From assembly GCA_036172245.1 (NCBI GenBank), contig JAYWIR010000001.1, positions 1,054,001 through 1,118,000 of the forward strand: DNA of 64,000 nt. Reading direction: 5' to 3'. The notes under the pieces are model-generated. The model was not told the origin of the DNA, ran no database searches, and saw only the letters and a list, made by a program, of their open reading frames with translations. Shown here in pieces: positions 50,561 through 63,212 of the stretch. The position numbers and the translations under genes are program-made. Numbering within the stretch: position 1 is the first letter of the stretch; every line of letters begins with the position of its first letter. Origin of the DNA: Raillietiella orientalis. Its lineage: Eukaryota.

Positions 50561-51190
50561 TGGAATGATGCGACCTCCGTCCCTCGAAGGCTGCTGAAGG
50601 AACCTTGCGGAAAGAACGGATGCTGCCGGATGAGGAGATCTTCCTCTCTGTAAAAACATATGCATCGTCGTGCCTCTCTCCACACCCGGCTTCCGTAGTC
50701 CATTTGTGGTGAAGACCCTCCACTCCTTACTTCTGCTCTTACGGTTACTCAGATGGCGCTCTACATCTCGTGGGTCTTGACTGAAACGCGTTCTCCCTAG
50801 CGACAATGGAACTCTTCCAGCTTCTTGTAGTCTTTTGAGCGAGATTTTCCAAAAGTGGTCACTTTGCGGCCATCCGGAGTGGACTACGTCTCAGAGCCTG
50901 TTTCAGCCAGGCAGACACACCCCTCAGGGTCCACGCCTCCTTGTCGGTGCGGAGACAAAACCGCGTAAGTCGGTCCTTGTCGATGGCCTCCAGTGCTCGA
51001 GGAAATTTCCGTGGACGAAGTCTCATCTTTTGTGCGTGCGCATGTGTGTCTTGGTTCCTCAGGAAGACTCTTCCCTTGAGTCGCGAGCAAAGGATTCTCA
51101 GCGAAGTTCAAGTCGCGTGAAAGCAGACGAACAACCGACGGAGCTGCGGTGGAAACGCTGGGAGCCGGCGATGAGGCAGTAGTGAAAGAC
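49500..51190 (+). mobile_element. LINE ORF2 relic carrying the right inverted arm
   Basis: KILSFSTLR, GSCPF, VYADG (~50168), HPRKS, AET..VLVD in order. Confidence 0.65.
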
Positions 51191-51649
51191 TGCTGCTGGC
51201 GATTCCCTTCTTTCGTGGATTTGTTCCTTGCTAGTGCAAACAGTTGGGCGTGCACTCATCCAGTGTTCTTCGGCTCGGTGTTTCTTTCCGTCTAGCTGCT
51301 TCTTGGGCGCGTGCTCCTACAAGAACAAATCGAGTTCTAGGGTGTTAGGAGAATCGCTTGGAGGAGGAATCAGAGTCGTGTAATTGGGTCGGAAAAAGGA
51401 GAGATTTCTCCTTGGAAACGAAGACCGCTCCAGACGAATGGAAGCTGCAAGCTCCAAGAGATACCGAGGAGATCCATCCCTTCGAGTAGAGTAAAATGCC
51501 ATAAAAAAGCCGCTGCGTGCAGCGTGTCGTAGCAACAGGAAGAAAATGTAACGCTGCAATCTGACGTACGTGTGACCTGACACGCGCAGTGCCACATCCC
51601 CCACTAAACTTGACCATAGGAAGGAGTGAGGGGGTTCTCTGGACTGACT

Positions 51650-52740
51650 GGGCTCGGATTCAAAAACCCCGAAAGATCATAAGAGATAAATACGTTGTGC
51701 TCATTCGAAACAGATTAATATAGCAATTCATTTTAATATGCATAGTTATTCATATTTGTTTACTTACAAATTATTAGCAGTAATATTATTCGAAAGTATA
51801 TATTTATTATAATTCAGTGACATACCTGTTACCAATAAAATTAATAAGTTCTTGATTGAATTGCTGATATATACACTAAAGATTATGAAAATTAAATATA
51901 TGCTTATTGTATATACTTATATATATTAAATGAATGTATAGATATCGAGTTAATAATTAACAGTTAATAATTGTGACGAAAATAGTGGGCTAAAATAAAA
52001 ATGCAAGCAAATCGAATAAGCAAAAAAGAAAATTTGATATTCATGTATTCGTCAAATACATATGCCTTATATATATAAACATATCTGTATAAATATAAAT
52101 ATATGCATGTACATATATATGTATGTATATGTGTACATGAATGTATTTACATTTCTATATATATTTACACATATATATGATCACTTGCACGCATATATTT
52201 AAATTATATATAAATATTGATGTATATAATTGGCATATATGTATTTTTTTAGAATCTTTAATATATATATAATCAACAACATATTGATTTTTATTAATAA
52301 AATTCATGCCACTGAATGTTAGTAAATATATGTTTCAATCATATAATTGTTAATAATATGTGTGTTAATAAATATGATTAACTATGCATATCTATGTAGA
52401 AGAATTTGTATTTCTTTTTTATATAATCTGAATACATATATCAGCAATATAATTAACAGCTTACTAATTTGATAAATGAAATGTATACTCCTGAAGCTCA
52501 ATAGATATATAATCTTTAATACATTATACCAACAGTATAATCAACAGCTTATTTTATTAACAAACTGTATGTCACTGAATCTCAATAATTATACCTGTTC
52601 TAATACTATTACTGTTAATTATGTATACGTGTTCATAATATGAATAACGATGTATGTTAAAGTAAATTCGTGCATTAATCTGGTGGAGAATGAGCACACA
52701 TGTTTCTCTCTCATGATCTTTCGGTGTTTTGATCGTTCGG
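51650..52740. mobile_element. AT-rich foldback MITE (Mutator-like termini)
   Basis: TCAAAAACCCCGAAAGATCATAAGAG..TGTGCTCATTC mirrored by GAATGAGCACA..CTCTCATGATCTTTCGGTGTTTTGA; long decayed inverted arms. Confidence 0.8.
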
Positions 52741-54240
52741 GACTTCATCTGTTCGAAACACTTAAAAAGAACACATTTGCATTTTGCCCCCCAGAATTCA
52801 TTACTCCTCTAATCAGGGATTCTCGAAATCCAGTAGGGCAAAGAGAGAGGGGAAAGGTTGAAAAGCCTCCTATGCAGGACGTGACTTGCTCTGCATCTCG
52901 TTGCTCTCCTCCCCGTTTTTTCTTCCTGGAGAGAGCGCGCCACGGACGTGAGGAGTCTCCTCTCTTGACGCTACGTAGCAACAGCCTCCCGCAAATCGTC
53001 ATTTCCGAAACAGCAATGAGTAACTAGGCGCGTTAAGCAAAAGCATCGATTCGTGTACACAAACCGAGTGAACACATTTATCACCACCCAGTGCACGTGT
53101 ACATATGTACTCGTTCTGGCAGGTAAAACAGCAGCAGCAGCTTTCGGAGCGCTCCTAGAATCAGGGAAGATGGTGGCAGCTTGGAAGATGCTCGAAATCA
53201 CCTGGCAGCGCGCAAAGGCACGTAGGAAGAGCCCTCGGAGATTAAAATTAGCACCAGGAACTATTGGAGCTCCCAGCTCCCCTCTTATCCCCATCCTACG
53301 CAGATGTGCGAAGCTCTGCTGAAACTGTCCACACCGTACGAGCCTCACTGGGAATGCAGGAGGAGTTTGCCCGCATTTTCCCGTGGACGATGTTTGCAAT
53401 GACGTCAAAGGACGATCCCCCTCTGAGACGAGAAGACCTCAAACTGTCCGAGGTCCAGGGAAGTGTCCTCTGATTCGGAGTCGGACTCCACACCATCCTG
53501 GGAATACCAAAATAACCACTGAAGTGAATTTCGGAGTTTCGTGGCATTTTGATCGTTGGCGTCGGCGCGATACCATTTTAAGTGCTTCTCACCCCTTTGT
53601 CGTTGCGGCCCTATTATGAATTCACCCTTGAGCTGGAGCTGAAACTTGATGACGGGTCAGAAGAACTCAGTTTGAACCCTAAGGGGTGCTCTTGCGCTCT
53701 CATCGACTGCTCCCATGTTTTTCTAGAGAATTTGAGGCGTATCTTGATCTGAGTCATTTCTTGATCTCAAGGGCCACTGCTAAAGATGGTTTACGCCTCG
53801 AGCAAATTTTTCCAATAGGAAAACTGCTGCCTAGACGATGTGGTGATATTCAGGCGTCCGTGTCGATTGCTGTTTCCGTCTTCTTTCTCAATCGGTGGTC
53901 TCGAGGAGATCTAATGATTGCTGCCAGGTTCGCCGCCATAAACGAGGCAAGAGTTCAACAAGACTCCGAACGTCCTCCTCTAGCGTTTTTTTTTTTTTTT
54001 TTTCTGTTTTTTTTTTGGGGGGGGGGGGAAGGGGGGAGGGGGAAGGACTTCTCTGCGTTGCCTCTTGCGTAGGGAAAGCTCTGTTTAGTGCAAACCCATT
54101 TTTTGTCTTCCCAACGTTCTGCGATTCAAATTTACTCGAATAATGGGAGGAGCTGCAAACGGATTGAAAAGAATCATTAACTAGATCGGTGCGTCACTGA
54201 CACCGTAGCTGAAATTCAGAGCTCTTCTTGCTATTTAAGC

Positions 54241-54616
54241 ACAAGATTACTTAAGAGTACGTTTGTTCGTTCCTGACACATCAGCGGACCGGAAAGCGCG
54301 AAAAACATGCAGATCTGCATCTCATGGGCAATAGGGTGGGAAGGGGATGCTCGCAAAAGCTTGACTTTATCTAAGAGGAGCATTTCAATAGTAAGAGCCG
54401 ATCGGATAGAAAGAACAAATAAGAGAAACAAACACGTGCATACCCATTTCCTTTTTCTACGTAGTCCCCATTTTTTTCCAAACACTTTTGGTACCGTGGA
54501 GGAAGCTCTTTGAGAGTCGGGGATGTACGCGTTTCGAACCACCAATACATATTTTTGTTTCTCTTACTTCTTCTTTCTTTATATCTCATCGGCTCTCACT
54601 TTTGAAATGCGCCTCG
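54241..54616 (-). mobile_element. Internally deleted mariner element
   Basis: TA|CGAGGCGCATTTCAAAAGT terminus at 54616 and mariner C-terminal peptide LPPRYQKCLEKNGDYVEK; other end decayed. Confidence 0.75.
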
Positions 54617-56589
54617 TACTTAGCCGAATCAGTCCGAGTGTTTCTCATGGACCACTGAGGTCTGTCTACGGACTGAGTAATGTTCTCCCTAATAAATAAT
54701 GTTCTTCTTCCTAATAAATAAACATCATCGTGTCAGCGTGCAGTTAGATTCGTGGATATTCCGTCGAGTTGGTTTTGTTTCGTTGAAGATATTGCATTAC
54801 GGCGTTCTCGATGTTTTTTCATCTCGATGTTTGTTCATTCCCAGGAATTTAGGTGTGAGCTTCCCGGATAACAGTGGCACCTTTCATCCCTGCACTTAAT
54901 TTGCTTTTCTTCATTCTGACTTAAAAGTTTCCTTATTTTCGAATCGTATGAGTGTTATTTGTATTCAAAGAGAGCGTGCTCGTTTGGATTTCCGAATGCT
55001 TCTGCCACTCAGAGTGAAACACATGAGCGTATTTTCTCCGAGATGAAGGTGCAAACAGATGGAGGGATTATCCAGGAAGCAATGATGATTACGTTTTCCT
55101 CGCTCATCATATGAAATCAGGGGCATCGGAGGCAGGCAGAAAACTCCACGCGCTCCCAATCTTTTATTCTTTCCTTGTTTGACTGCCAAGCACGCTAAGT
55201 CACCAGGAGAAAAAAAATGTTTGCTGTCTCTTTTGAAGCGCACAATTCGTTGTTTCGTTCCTCGTTAGTGGTTTCCTTTCGAAATATCCAAGAAAGAGGA
55301 AGGTGGCAATCAAAAACATGAACTCCAAATGAAGTTGGTACTCCTGAGGAGCCGCATTTGCTATCAGTGCTATCTATGGGCGCGAAAGACAAGTTTGAGA
55401 AAATGTCGCTTCCTCGCCTGAATGCAGACATCTTCCCTGCATTGGTATGCTTCGAAACTGTGAAGCTGTGGATGATCTGTGAAATCACGTAGCCCCTTCC
55501 TGCCCCGCCAAAAGGCGCACGCGCGCGCGCATCCTATGTAGCTGTATATACATACAGAAATACGTTCCTTTGTATTATCAAATAACAAAACTGATCGAAA
55601 TAACAAAGGTAGTTGCAAACTGATGGAACGTCTCTCGCGCTTTTGTTCTTTTTTTTGGTTTTCCTTCCTCTTCATCGTAATGTAAATCTGAATCCGAATC
55701 ACAATCTAAAAAGAGCAGAGAAGACTTCCATTTCCAACACAAAGACGATTTTTTTTTTTTGTCTTTGTCGGTCTTCAAAAACGCACTACATCAACATTCA
55801 AGGATCGTGCAGTCTTTCCCACCCGGACTGCGTACGCCATGACAAGAGGCAACATTTCGTAGGTCTCAGGTTAGGAAGATTGATTTCCTGTCTTCTTCTT
55901 TGCTTTCTTTTGCCTCCGCGAATAGGGTGCTCTCGTGCAGAGTACGATGATGGCACGATACGAAAACGCCTTGGAGTAGGGAGATTAAAGGGAGAGTAGG
56001 TGCACGATCTGCAAACTCGTCTTAAGCAGGTCGATTATTCGAAACCTGATCGGAAGAACTGACCGTGGTCAAAGTGTTCGGACCGGAAATCTCGGGATTC
56101 TTGAAGATCGGCTTGGCATCCACGTTCTATTGTTCCCGGCAGAGGAGCAATGTATCTTTCAGCAAAAGAAGAAAAAAGAAAAACTCCTATTTTTGATTGC
56201 TACCTTAGGGAAGATCTGGAGCTAGAACCCTTCCGGCGGGGGCGAAATTCTCATATCATCGTTCGATGGAGAGGGTGCGCTCTCCTTGGTTCATTTTCAT
56301 TCTCCGAAGACAGAGCTAGCCTAGACTTTCCTTCGTGTTCTTAAGCTCCTTCCCTCTGCGTTGCTAGTAAACCGGACCGTTGTCCTCTCGCTGTTCTGTT
56401 TCCTTCGAGCCGACGGAAGAATAACCTTACTATATTTTTAGCATGTTTACTCTGAGCATCATTTCACGTGACTCTCCAAATCATGATCTGGGTGTTTGTT
56501 GTTGTCCAGTCTTCAGCTCCTCCAAACATGTTAATCGACGGAATAGCTGAAGGCCTCGCAACTGATTAGAGTTGACCGCACTCGACCAC

Positions 56590-57672
56590 CATTTTCACAA
56601 CCAGGGGAGAGTCTCGAAGGGCTCCTTGGTCTCCTGAAAGGACCCCGGAGGACCAACTTCCAATCCCAGCCAGTCAGCAGGGGCAATTTGGTCTCCAGCT
56701 TCCACCAGTGCCACACCTGGGACTTTGCGCTGGGGCGTGCTACTGGGTATTTCGGAGGAAGACCTGCAGTGGCCCCCGGTGCTCAGCAACACCCGCACCC
56801 TCCTCTTGATGTGTCAGGAGTCGGCGTTGATGCTGCTGCACTGGGAGCTCCCGTGCAATGCTGCCGGAATCATTGGACACAAGGATGTGTGGACCCAAAC
56901 TGCACAAGGCGAGGGTAGCGGGAATCCCTCTCGCACCTGCTTCTATACTGTGTTGCCCTCCAACCCTTTTGGGGACACTTCGCGACCTTTGGAACCCCTG
57001 ACGGCAACACCAGAAACGTTTTAAAGTGCCTCTTCCTGCGTAACGCCCTCATGCCGGCCGCATCCCTTGCAGCACTTTGCTGCCCACGCGGCGGGACCGT
57101 TGCTGCATGGAGCAACGCCAGAGGAGGTCACAACGACACAGGGACGCCATCAATTTTTCTGTCCTCTTCATGAGGATAGCGTCAAGATGCCGGCATCTGC
57201 AGATCTGGGAACCATAAAACAAGAACTTGCCGGCATCCTTACAAGGATGCAGAGGACGCCCCCGAGCACACAGTGATCCCTTTGCCAACTCCTCCTCCCC
57301 CATTTTTTGACTGCATTTTTTTGTTTTGTTTGTTTTTCTTTTTGTTTTTCACCCCTCCTGCTGTGCTGCCGAGGCAAACCCTTCTGGCCTGCGTGCCAGA
57401 TCCCGCAGGTTCCTTCTCGTAGTTATAAGTTACGTGGCAGGATCAATCGTCTGTGTCAGGATCTGTGATCCTGACACAGACGTGTGTGTTTACTTTATAA
57501 ATAAACTCTCCGGCATGACCGGGTGTCAACCAGTGCCACACCAGCGTCAACCTGCAGGAGGAGCTCAAAACCCACGGCGCGCACCTCCCACTCTCGGCGT
57601 CTATCCTTCCCCAGCAGCGTTTGGTGCCACACGCCTTCGTTGGCGGTGTACCACCACACTACCGCTGCCATT
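56590..57672 (-). repeat. tRNA-headed module, copy 8 (5' part), split by a LINE insertion
   Basis: Head with A-box-like TAGTGTGGTGG at about 57660; body resumes below 56717 after the 14-bp duplication ACCAGTGCCACACC. Confidence 0.85.
56718..57528 (+). mobile_element. 5'-truncated LINE with perfect 14-bp TSD
   Basis: TSD ACCAGTGCCACACC at 56704-56717 and 57529-57542; LRWGVLLGISEE..LLHW..PNCTR..ESLSHLLLYC; related to 2460-2700 and 59520-59740. Confidence 0.92.
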
Positions 57673-58892
57673 TTAGGATGCATCCATCTTTCGTGAGGCG
57701 ACCAGAAGTGCATTCACTCGCATGCTGTGACCTTTTTTGTCTGTACGCCGGAGCGCTTGGTGGACTTTTCCGAGTCCGCCCCAGAATTCGAAGCGCGGAG
57801 GATTTCCTTGGGTGGGTGTGTCCTTTTCTGAACCACATCCTCACTTCAGCTAAGCGTTCGCACATCCCGAATTCTCCTTGAGGCGACTCCTTCTCGCGAT
57901 GCTCCTCAGAACGTTGCGCCCTGAAGAGCCACGAACGTAAAGCTCATGCCAATACACCCGTGGCGAATTAAAGATTCCACAGAGCACGGAAGAACCGAAC
58001 AGATCAGAGAGATGCATGTGCGTTCCTCCACTTCTCTGATAACTCTCGCACTAAAGGAAGCTGCATCCTTCGAGGAAGATGAAATCGTGCTCTTGCAGCT
58101 TGCATCTCCAGTTGACCTGCTGCGCTTGAGCAAGTAGGTATCAATCCCTGGTAGCCTGTCCCATCGTAAGGTTGCGAATTTCCAGCCTCCGGCTGGAATC
58201 CCGCTTTTAGATGAATTGAATGTATTTTTTTACAATCAGTAAAGCAGCTTGATTAATTTACGGTGCATTCAGAATATCAGATGCTGGAGAAGCGAAGCAG
58301 ATGGTTCGCTTAATTATACACATCAGCGACTCTGCTCCGCCTCGGAAGTTTCCTGCAAATACAAAAGTGCACGGTCACGAAAACACAATTTGTTTTCCTT
58401 TAGTGAGAATCAGCAACATCGACTGGTTGTGCTTTGGCAAGAACACGAGGAGCCACATTGACAAAACTTTCTGGTCCTTCGTTTATCCTCCTCTCTTTCT
58501 TCCTTCTGGAGTTGGCTTATTTCGACCTTTGGAAAGAGGGCTTTGGCTCGTATTGCATTTCAACAGATGCTTCGAGCACGATGGCCTCTGGCATTAATAA
58601 AATCAAGGGTTCCAGAGACTCACCCTCCTCCTCCGAGCACAGAAATGCAGAGAGTGGCAGAATTAAATGGATGGCGTATGCCTACCGAGAAAATGCCATG
58701 GAAAGAAGAGAAGCAGACACCGAATTACCAAGTGCTCTCGTGTCCGAAGAAGTTCCAGCTCCTCAATACCAGCCATTGGCATCCGAGCTGCCGTCTCTTT
58801 CCGTCAGAATGCTCGTGGCACGTCAGGTCCTCCTAGATCAGAACCAACCTGCTGAAGGCCGGTTCCTAGACAGGAATGCGCTTGCATTTTAA

Positions 58893-60605
58893 CCCTAGAA
58901 GGGTAACGTGGCGTCATACACGACACACAGGAACTAAAATGTGCAGACTCTCTTCCATGGTCAGTGCTGCGAGCATGCCGTGCCAGCTACCTGATGCTGA
59001 GCCTTCAGTGTGCCTGCAGGCGAAATTGCGAGCACATCGGTTGGTTTTGTTTCATTTTGTGAGCGATTGTGTCGTGTACGACACTACGTCACCTTCTACG
59101 TTACACATAAAAATTTGTACCCATGGCTCCTCGTAAAGAAATTTTCACACAAAATGAACCGGAAGGGTCGATTGGACGCCACGAAAGAGGAGAAACCAAT
59201 CTGGAAGACTCTTCATCTAATGAAGACCAAGATTCAGACGACGGGAATACGGAAGCAGAGAGCGATGCCAGCTTGTAACACCTACCGCTGCAGGGTCTCC
59301 GCAAACCGCTGGGAGATCTCCTGCTGGATTGGGCGCAGCGGTCCTGGATAGCCGTCACACATCTTGCCTCAGCGCTGTCTACCCTGTGGGCAAGCAATGA
59401 CAGCAGCCAACAGGCGAGGTGGGAATTCTCCTGCAGCATTGCAGGAGTCGCAAAACTCCTCAACGGCTGCAAGACGAACGAATTGGTGAACGCCGCCACT
59501 ACTCGTTTCCGGGCAAGGGGACTCCTTCGGTGGTGTGAACTTCTTGGAATGCCCTCCGAAGAACTCGGAGTCCCTTCCCCGTGTTTGGACACCTCCGCGT
59601 TCCCTCTCCGGTGGAAACAGGATGTCCCGCACTGCGGATCCTGGTGCAACCAGCGCAGGTACCTGGTTTCCGGGAGAGTTGCCTCCCCGAGTGTTCCAGG
59701 TGCGGGGCGATCGAATCGCTCCCGCACCTTTTGCTGGACCGCAGTGTCTTCGAGGACTTGTGGCGGAGACTCGCTTCGGCCCTCCGTCGACCGCAGGTCA
59801 CTGGAAAGGACTTGCTGCGGCGATCCTTCACAGAAAGAGGACTGAAGAAAGGCGCTGCAATCGCAACCATCTGCTGCATCCGCGCCGTGGTGACATCCCG
59901 CCATGTGTTGGAGTCAGGTACGCGGCAAAGAGAGGCCACCAGCATGGCAGCAGTCCTCATGACGGTAGCAACAAGGTGGCCTCACCTGCCAGAAGAAGTC
60001 TCCAGAGAGATCGCCACCGTCCAGAGCCGCTTCTAGAAAGGAAGGAACGTCACAAACGTCAGAAACCGTTCACTACTTTTTGGAAGCCGGCCTGCGTGCC
60101 AGTAGTCAACCTCATGGACTTCTTTTTTGTTTCGGCATTTCTTGTTTTCTGAGGGGATATCCTTCTCCTCCTCAAACTTGTTGTTTATTTTTAAAATGAA
60201 ACGCTCCGGCGTGACCGTGACGGCAAGAAGCTTGTAAACACCTCACATGGAACGCCGGTTACAACGCAAAAATCTGTCTCGTTCTTTGCGAAATTTGATT
60301 TTATCTGTACCAAATAAAGAAGACCTGAGACTCCACGATGTTCCGCAAGAACCTTTAAAACCTCAAGCGCTGAGGAATGTGCCCGTGTTCCTCCAGCTGG
60401 AAAGAAGGGAAAAGTGTACCTGTTGCAAAACAGTCGTATGCACCCAACATCGAAGGCCTTTACTATGTGAACGTGAGAATGACTCATAAAATAATTTGTA
60501 AAGATCATCGTAATTCATCAACAAAATAAAACGCTTACGAAAAATTATTGAATGTTTATGACTTTAATTGGTGTCCTATATGGCACTGTGTTATGCTAGA
60601 CTGGG
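58893..60605 (+). mobile_element. Internally deleted piggyBac element
   Basis: TTAA|CCCTAGAAGGGTAACG left end; MAPRK..EDSSSNEDQDSDD acidic N-terminus; LVTPHMERR..CTCCKTVVCTQH..LC cysteine-rich C-terminus; decayed right TIR at 60571-60605. Confidence 0.82.
59284..60228 (+). mobile_element. 5'-truncated LINE nested in the piggyBac element
   Basis: TSD AGCTTGTAACACCT (59270-59283) / AGCTTGTAAACACCT (60229-60243); CSRCGAIESLPHLLLD zinc knuckle. Confidence 0.9.
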
Positions 60606-62149
60606 TGGAAATCAGAATAACTTCCTTATGTCCTTGGTTTCCACACAGCCAAGATGCTTTCCTATTTTTTGTGTGTGTGTTTATGCATCAATGATGATCT
60701 TTCCTATAGAAACGTCAGTGACGAAATCCCAATGAAGAGAAATTTTGCTCTGATAAGAACGCAATCCAGGAGAACGAACACTCACATGATGATCGCTGCT
60801 TGACGGTGGGCAGCAGGTTTCCGTGGACGGTGGTTATTAAGAAGCGCACGCATCCTTCTTGGTGCTTACTATCAGAGGGCGCGCTCTAATTAGCTGCAGA
60901 ACCATGTTAGATTACGTAAACATGCAGTCCGCTTAAGACTGCGCCACTCTGCATGCCGAATGACCAGATGAAAAAATGGAAAAAAGAAAAAAGAATGAAA
61001 GAGACTGAACGATGATTAGAGAAGAAGAACCTCCAAAATGTGCCGACGGGAAAGGTTGGTTATGTTCCAAGCAAACTTGGGAACACGTCTTGAATTATCT
61101 GAATTTGGGCAAAATTTATGCAACACCTACGGAGGAGGCATTTTCCAATGGAAAGGGATTTGGCCTTTCCCTGGACTTCAAAACCTACGAGATTTTGCAA
61201 GGCAGCGAGCAAACAGTCGTCACGCATCGAAATGAAATACAGAAGCCATCGATGACGGAGGGATCCGTGCAGGTAATCAATTTCAATTCAAAGAGTCGGA
61301 GCTGGTTTCTGGAGTGGTGTTCGAGAGGCTCTCCAGCCGGGCAAAACTCCTCGGGAAGCTGGGTCCACGTTGACCAACTCTCCTTCCTCCTCCCAGTAAA
61401 AGTTGATGGAAAACACTTTAGCAGCATACATTTAACTGTACTTTGCGTGCGCGCTTGAGTGGGCTTCATGCAAATGAGTAGCATCAAGAGGCAAACAATG
61501 GAATTACATATTATGTACCGCATGCTGGATAGAGAGGGAATGTCACGTGTCTCTAGCAGCTAGGCAAGGCAAGTTTACATCCAGTCAAGTGGAAGAGGAC
61601 AGTCAGTACCTCAAGCTTGAAATGATGAAGTGTTGTTTCGCTATAACCCACTTTATAGGAGACCACGGCTTTCCTACAGACCAATGGTTTCAAGAGCATT
61701 AGACACCAAAAGAACTTTCTGGAAGAGACCGTAGAGCTCGCATTCGCTCCCGAACCAGAACAAAGCAAACTGGGTTTCAGGACTCCATTTTCATGGGGAA
61801 AAAAAGAGCACCTCCTGTCTTCCACTCCTGTCCTGCCAGAGTCTTTGCCTTAGGGCTTGGTCTCGAAACCCCTCCGCTTTCCAAAGTGAGTCTATGCAGC
61901 AGCTGACCGGGAAGCAGGACAAATTGTAGAAGAAATCAATGCTCTGCAAGCCGGGATTGCCTTCACAACCTAGACGGAAGGGAACTTTCAGTCTTTTGGG
62001 GTTTCTCACGTCTGGTCTCCAGGAAGGAAACACCTCGCTGCAGCATAAAGGCCCCTTCACAGTGAAATTTCACGTAATCGCTTTGGGAGCGCAAAATCAA
62101 TCCGGGAATGCTCTGAGATTTTGGGTTCTCTGTCCCTAGTTTGGAAGGG

Positions 62150-63212
62150 AGTTCGGTTCAAGATCCCCAATGCCGAAATCCCGAAAGATCATAAAAAATA
62201 CACACATTTGTGCTTATTGTGCATATTAATGCATATATTTGTATGAGGATTAACACACGCATTCATTTCAACATACATATTTTTTAATATAATTAATAAT
62301 ATGAATTAATACATTATTAATATTCATAGGGAAGATTGTAAAAAATAAATACATATGCTTCATATATATATATATATATAATATACATATTGAAGATTAT
62401 GCAAATAAATGCATATGTTTATTGCATATACATTGATATATATGATAAACAAGTATTAAGTGTATATATTATACTTATATTATATACTTATTATACTTAT
62501 ATATATATATAATATGATATATTAAGTGAATATACAAAACATCGATTTTCAAACCCATATTTATCGAACCATCAAAATGCCGAAAATGGAATCGTCAGTT
62601 CACAAGGAAGTTCCATTTGTTGCGTGTTGGAAATGACAGGAAAGGAATACCAAATTTCTTTTTGTGTGTTGCTTTTTTATTTTTTTTCATTGTCACCACT
62701 GTTTTTTATTTTTAACAATTCTATATTTATATATACACTTAATACTTGTTTATCATACATATGAATATATATGCAATAAACATATGCATTTATTTGCATA
62801 ATCTTCAATATGTACATTAATAATATATTACTAATATTAATTATATAATCAGTGTGCATGGTAATAAATATCGACAAATACATGTGTTAAAATAATATTC
62901 ATAATATGGATGTTAATAAACATTAATGAACATGTGTGTCAAAATAAATTTGCATGTTAATCTACACATAAATACACATGTATCCATACACACAATTAGT
63001 ATATATTGCTATTTTTACCATCTTTAAAACATACATTAATCTATATATAAATACATACATATACTAATATAAATAACAAGCATATGTATTTATTTTTATA
63101 ATTTTATAATACATATTAATCTATGTACCATGTATACATATAAAATAATATGTATAATAGTAATTTTTTATGACCTTTCGAGATTTCGATCTCGAGATTT
63201 TGATCGGCACCG
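62150..63212. mobile_element. AT-rich foldback MITE (Mutator-like termini)
   Basis: CGAAATCCCGAAAGATCATAAAAAAT mirrored by ATTTTTTATGACCTTTCGAGATTTCG; inner ~85-bp near-perfect inverted pair at 62384-62469 / 62730-62815. Confidence 0.82.

Noticed and set aside
60700-62140. Host gene from ORF 61012-61458, or LINE ORF1/endonuclease start on the minus strand
   Set aside because: The plus-strand ORF has no recognisable domain; minus-strand motifs are too decayed to call.
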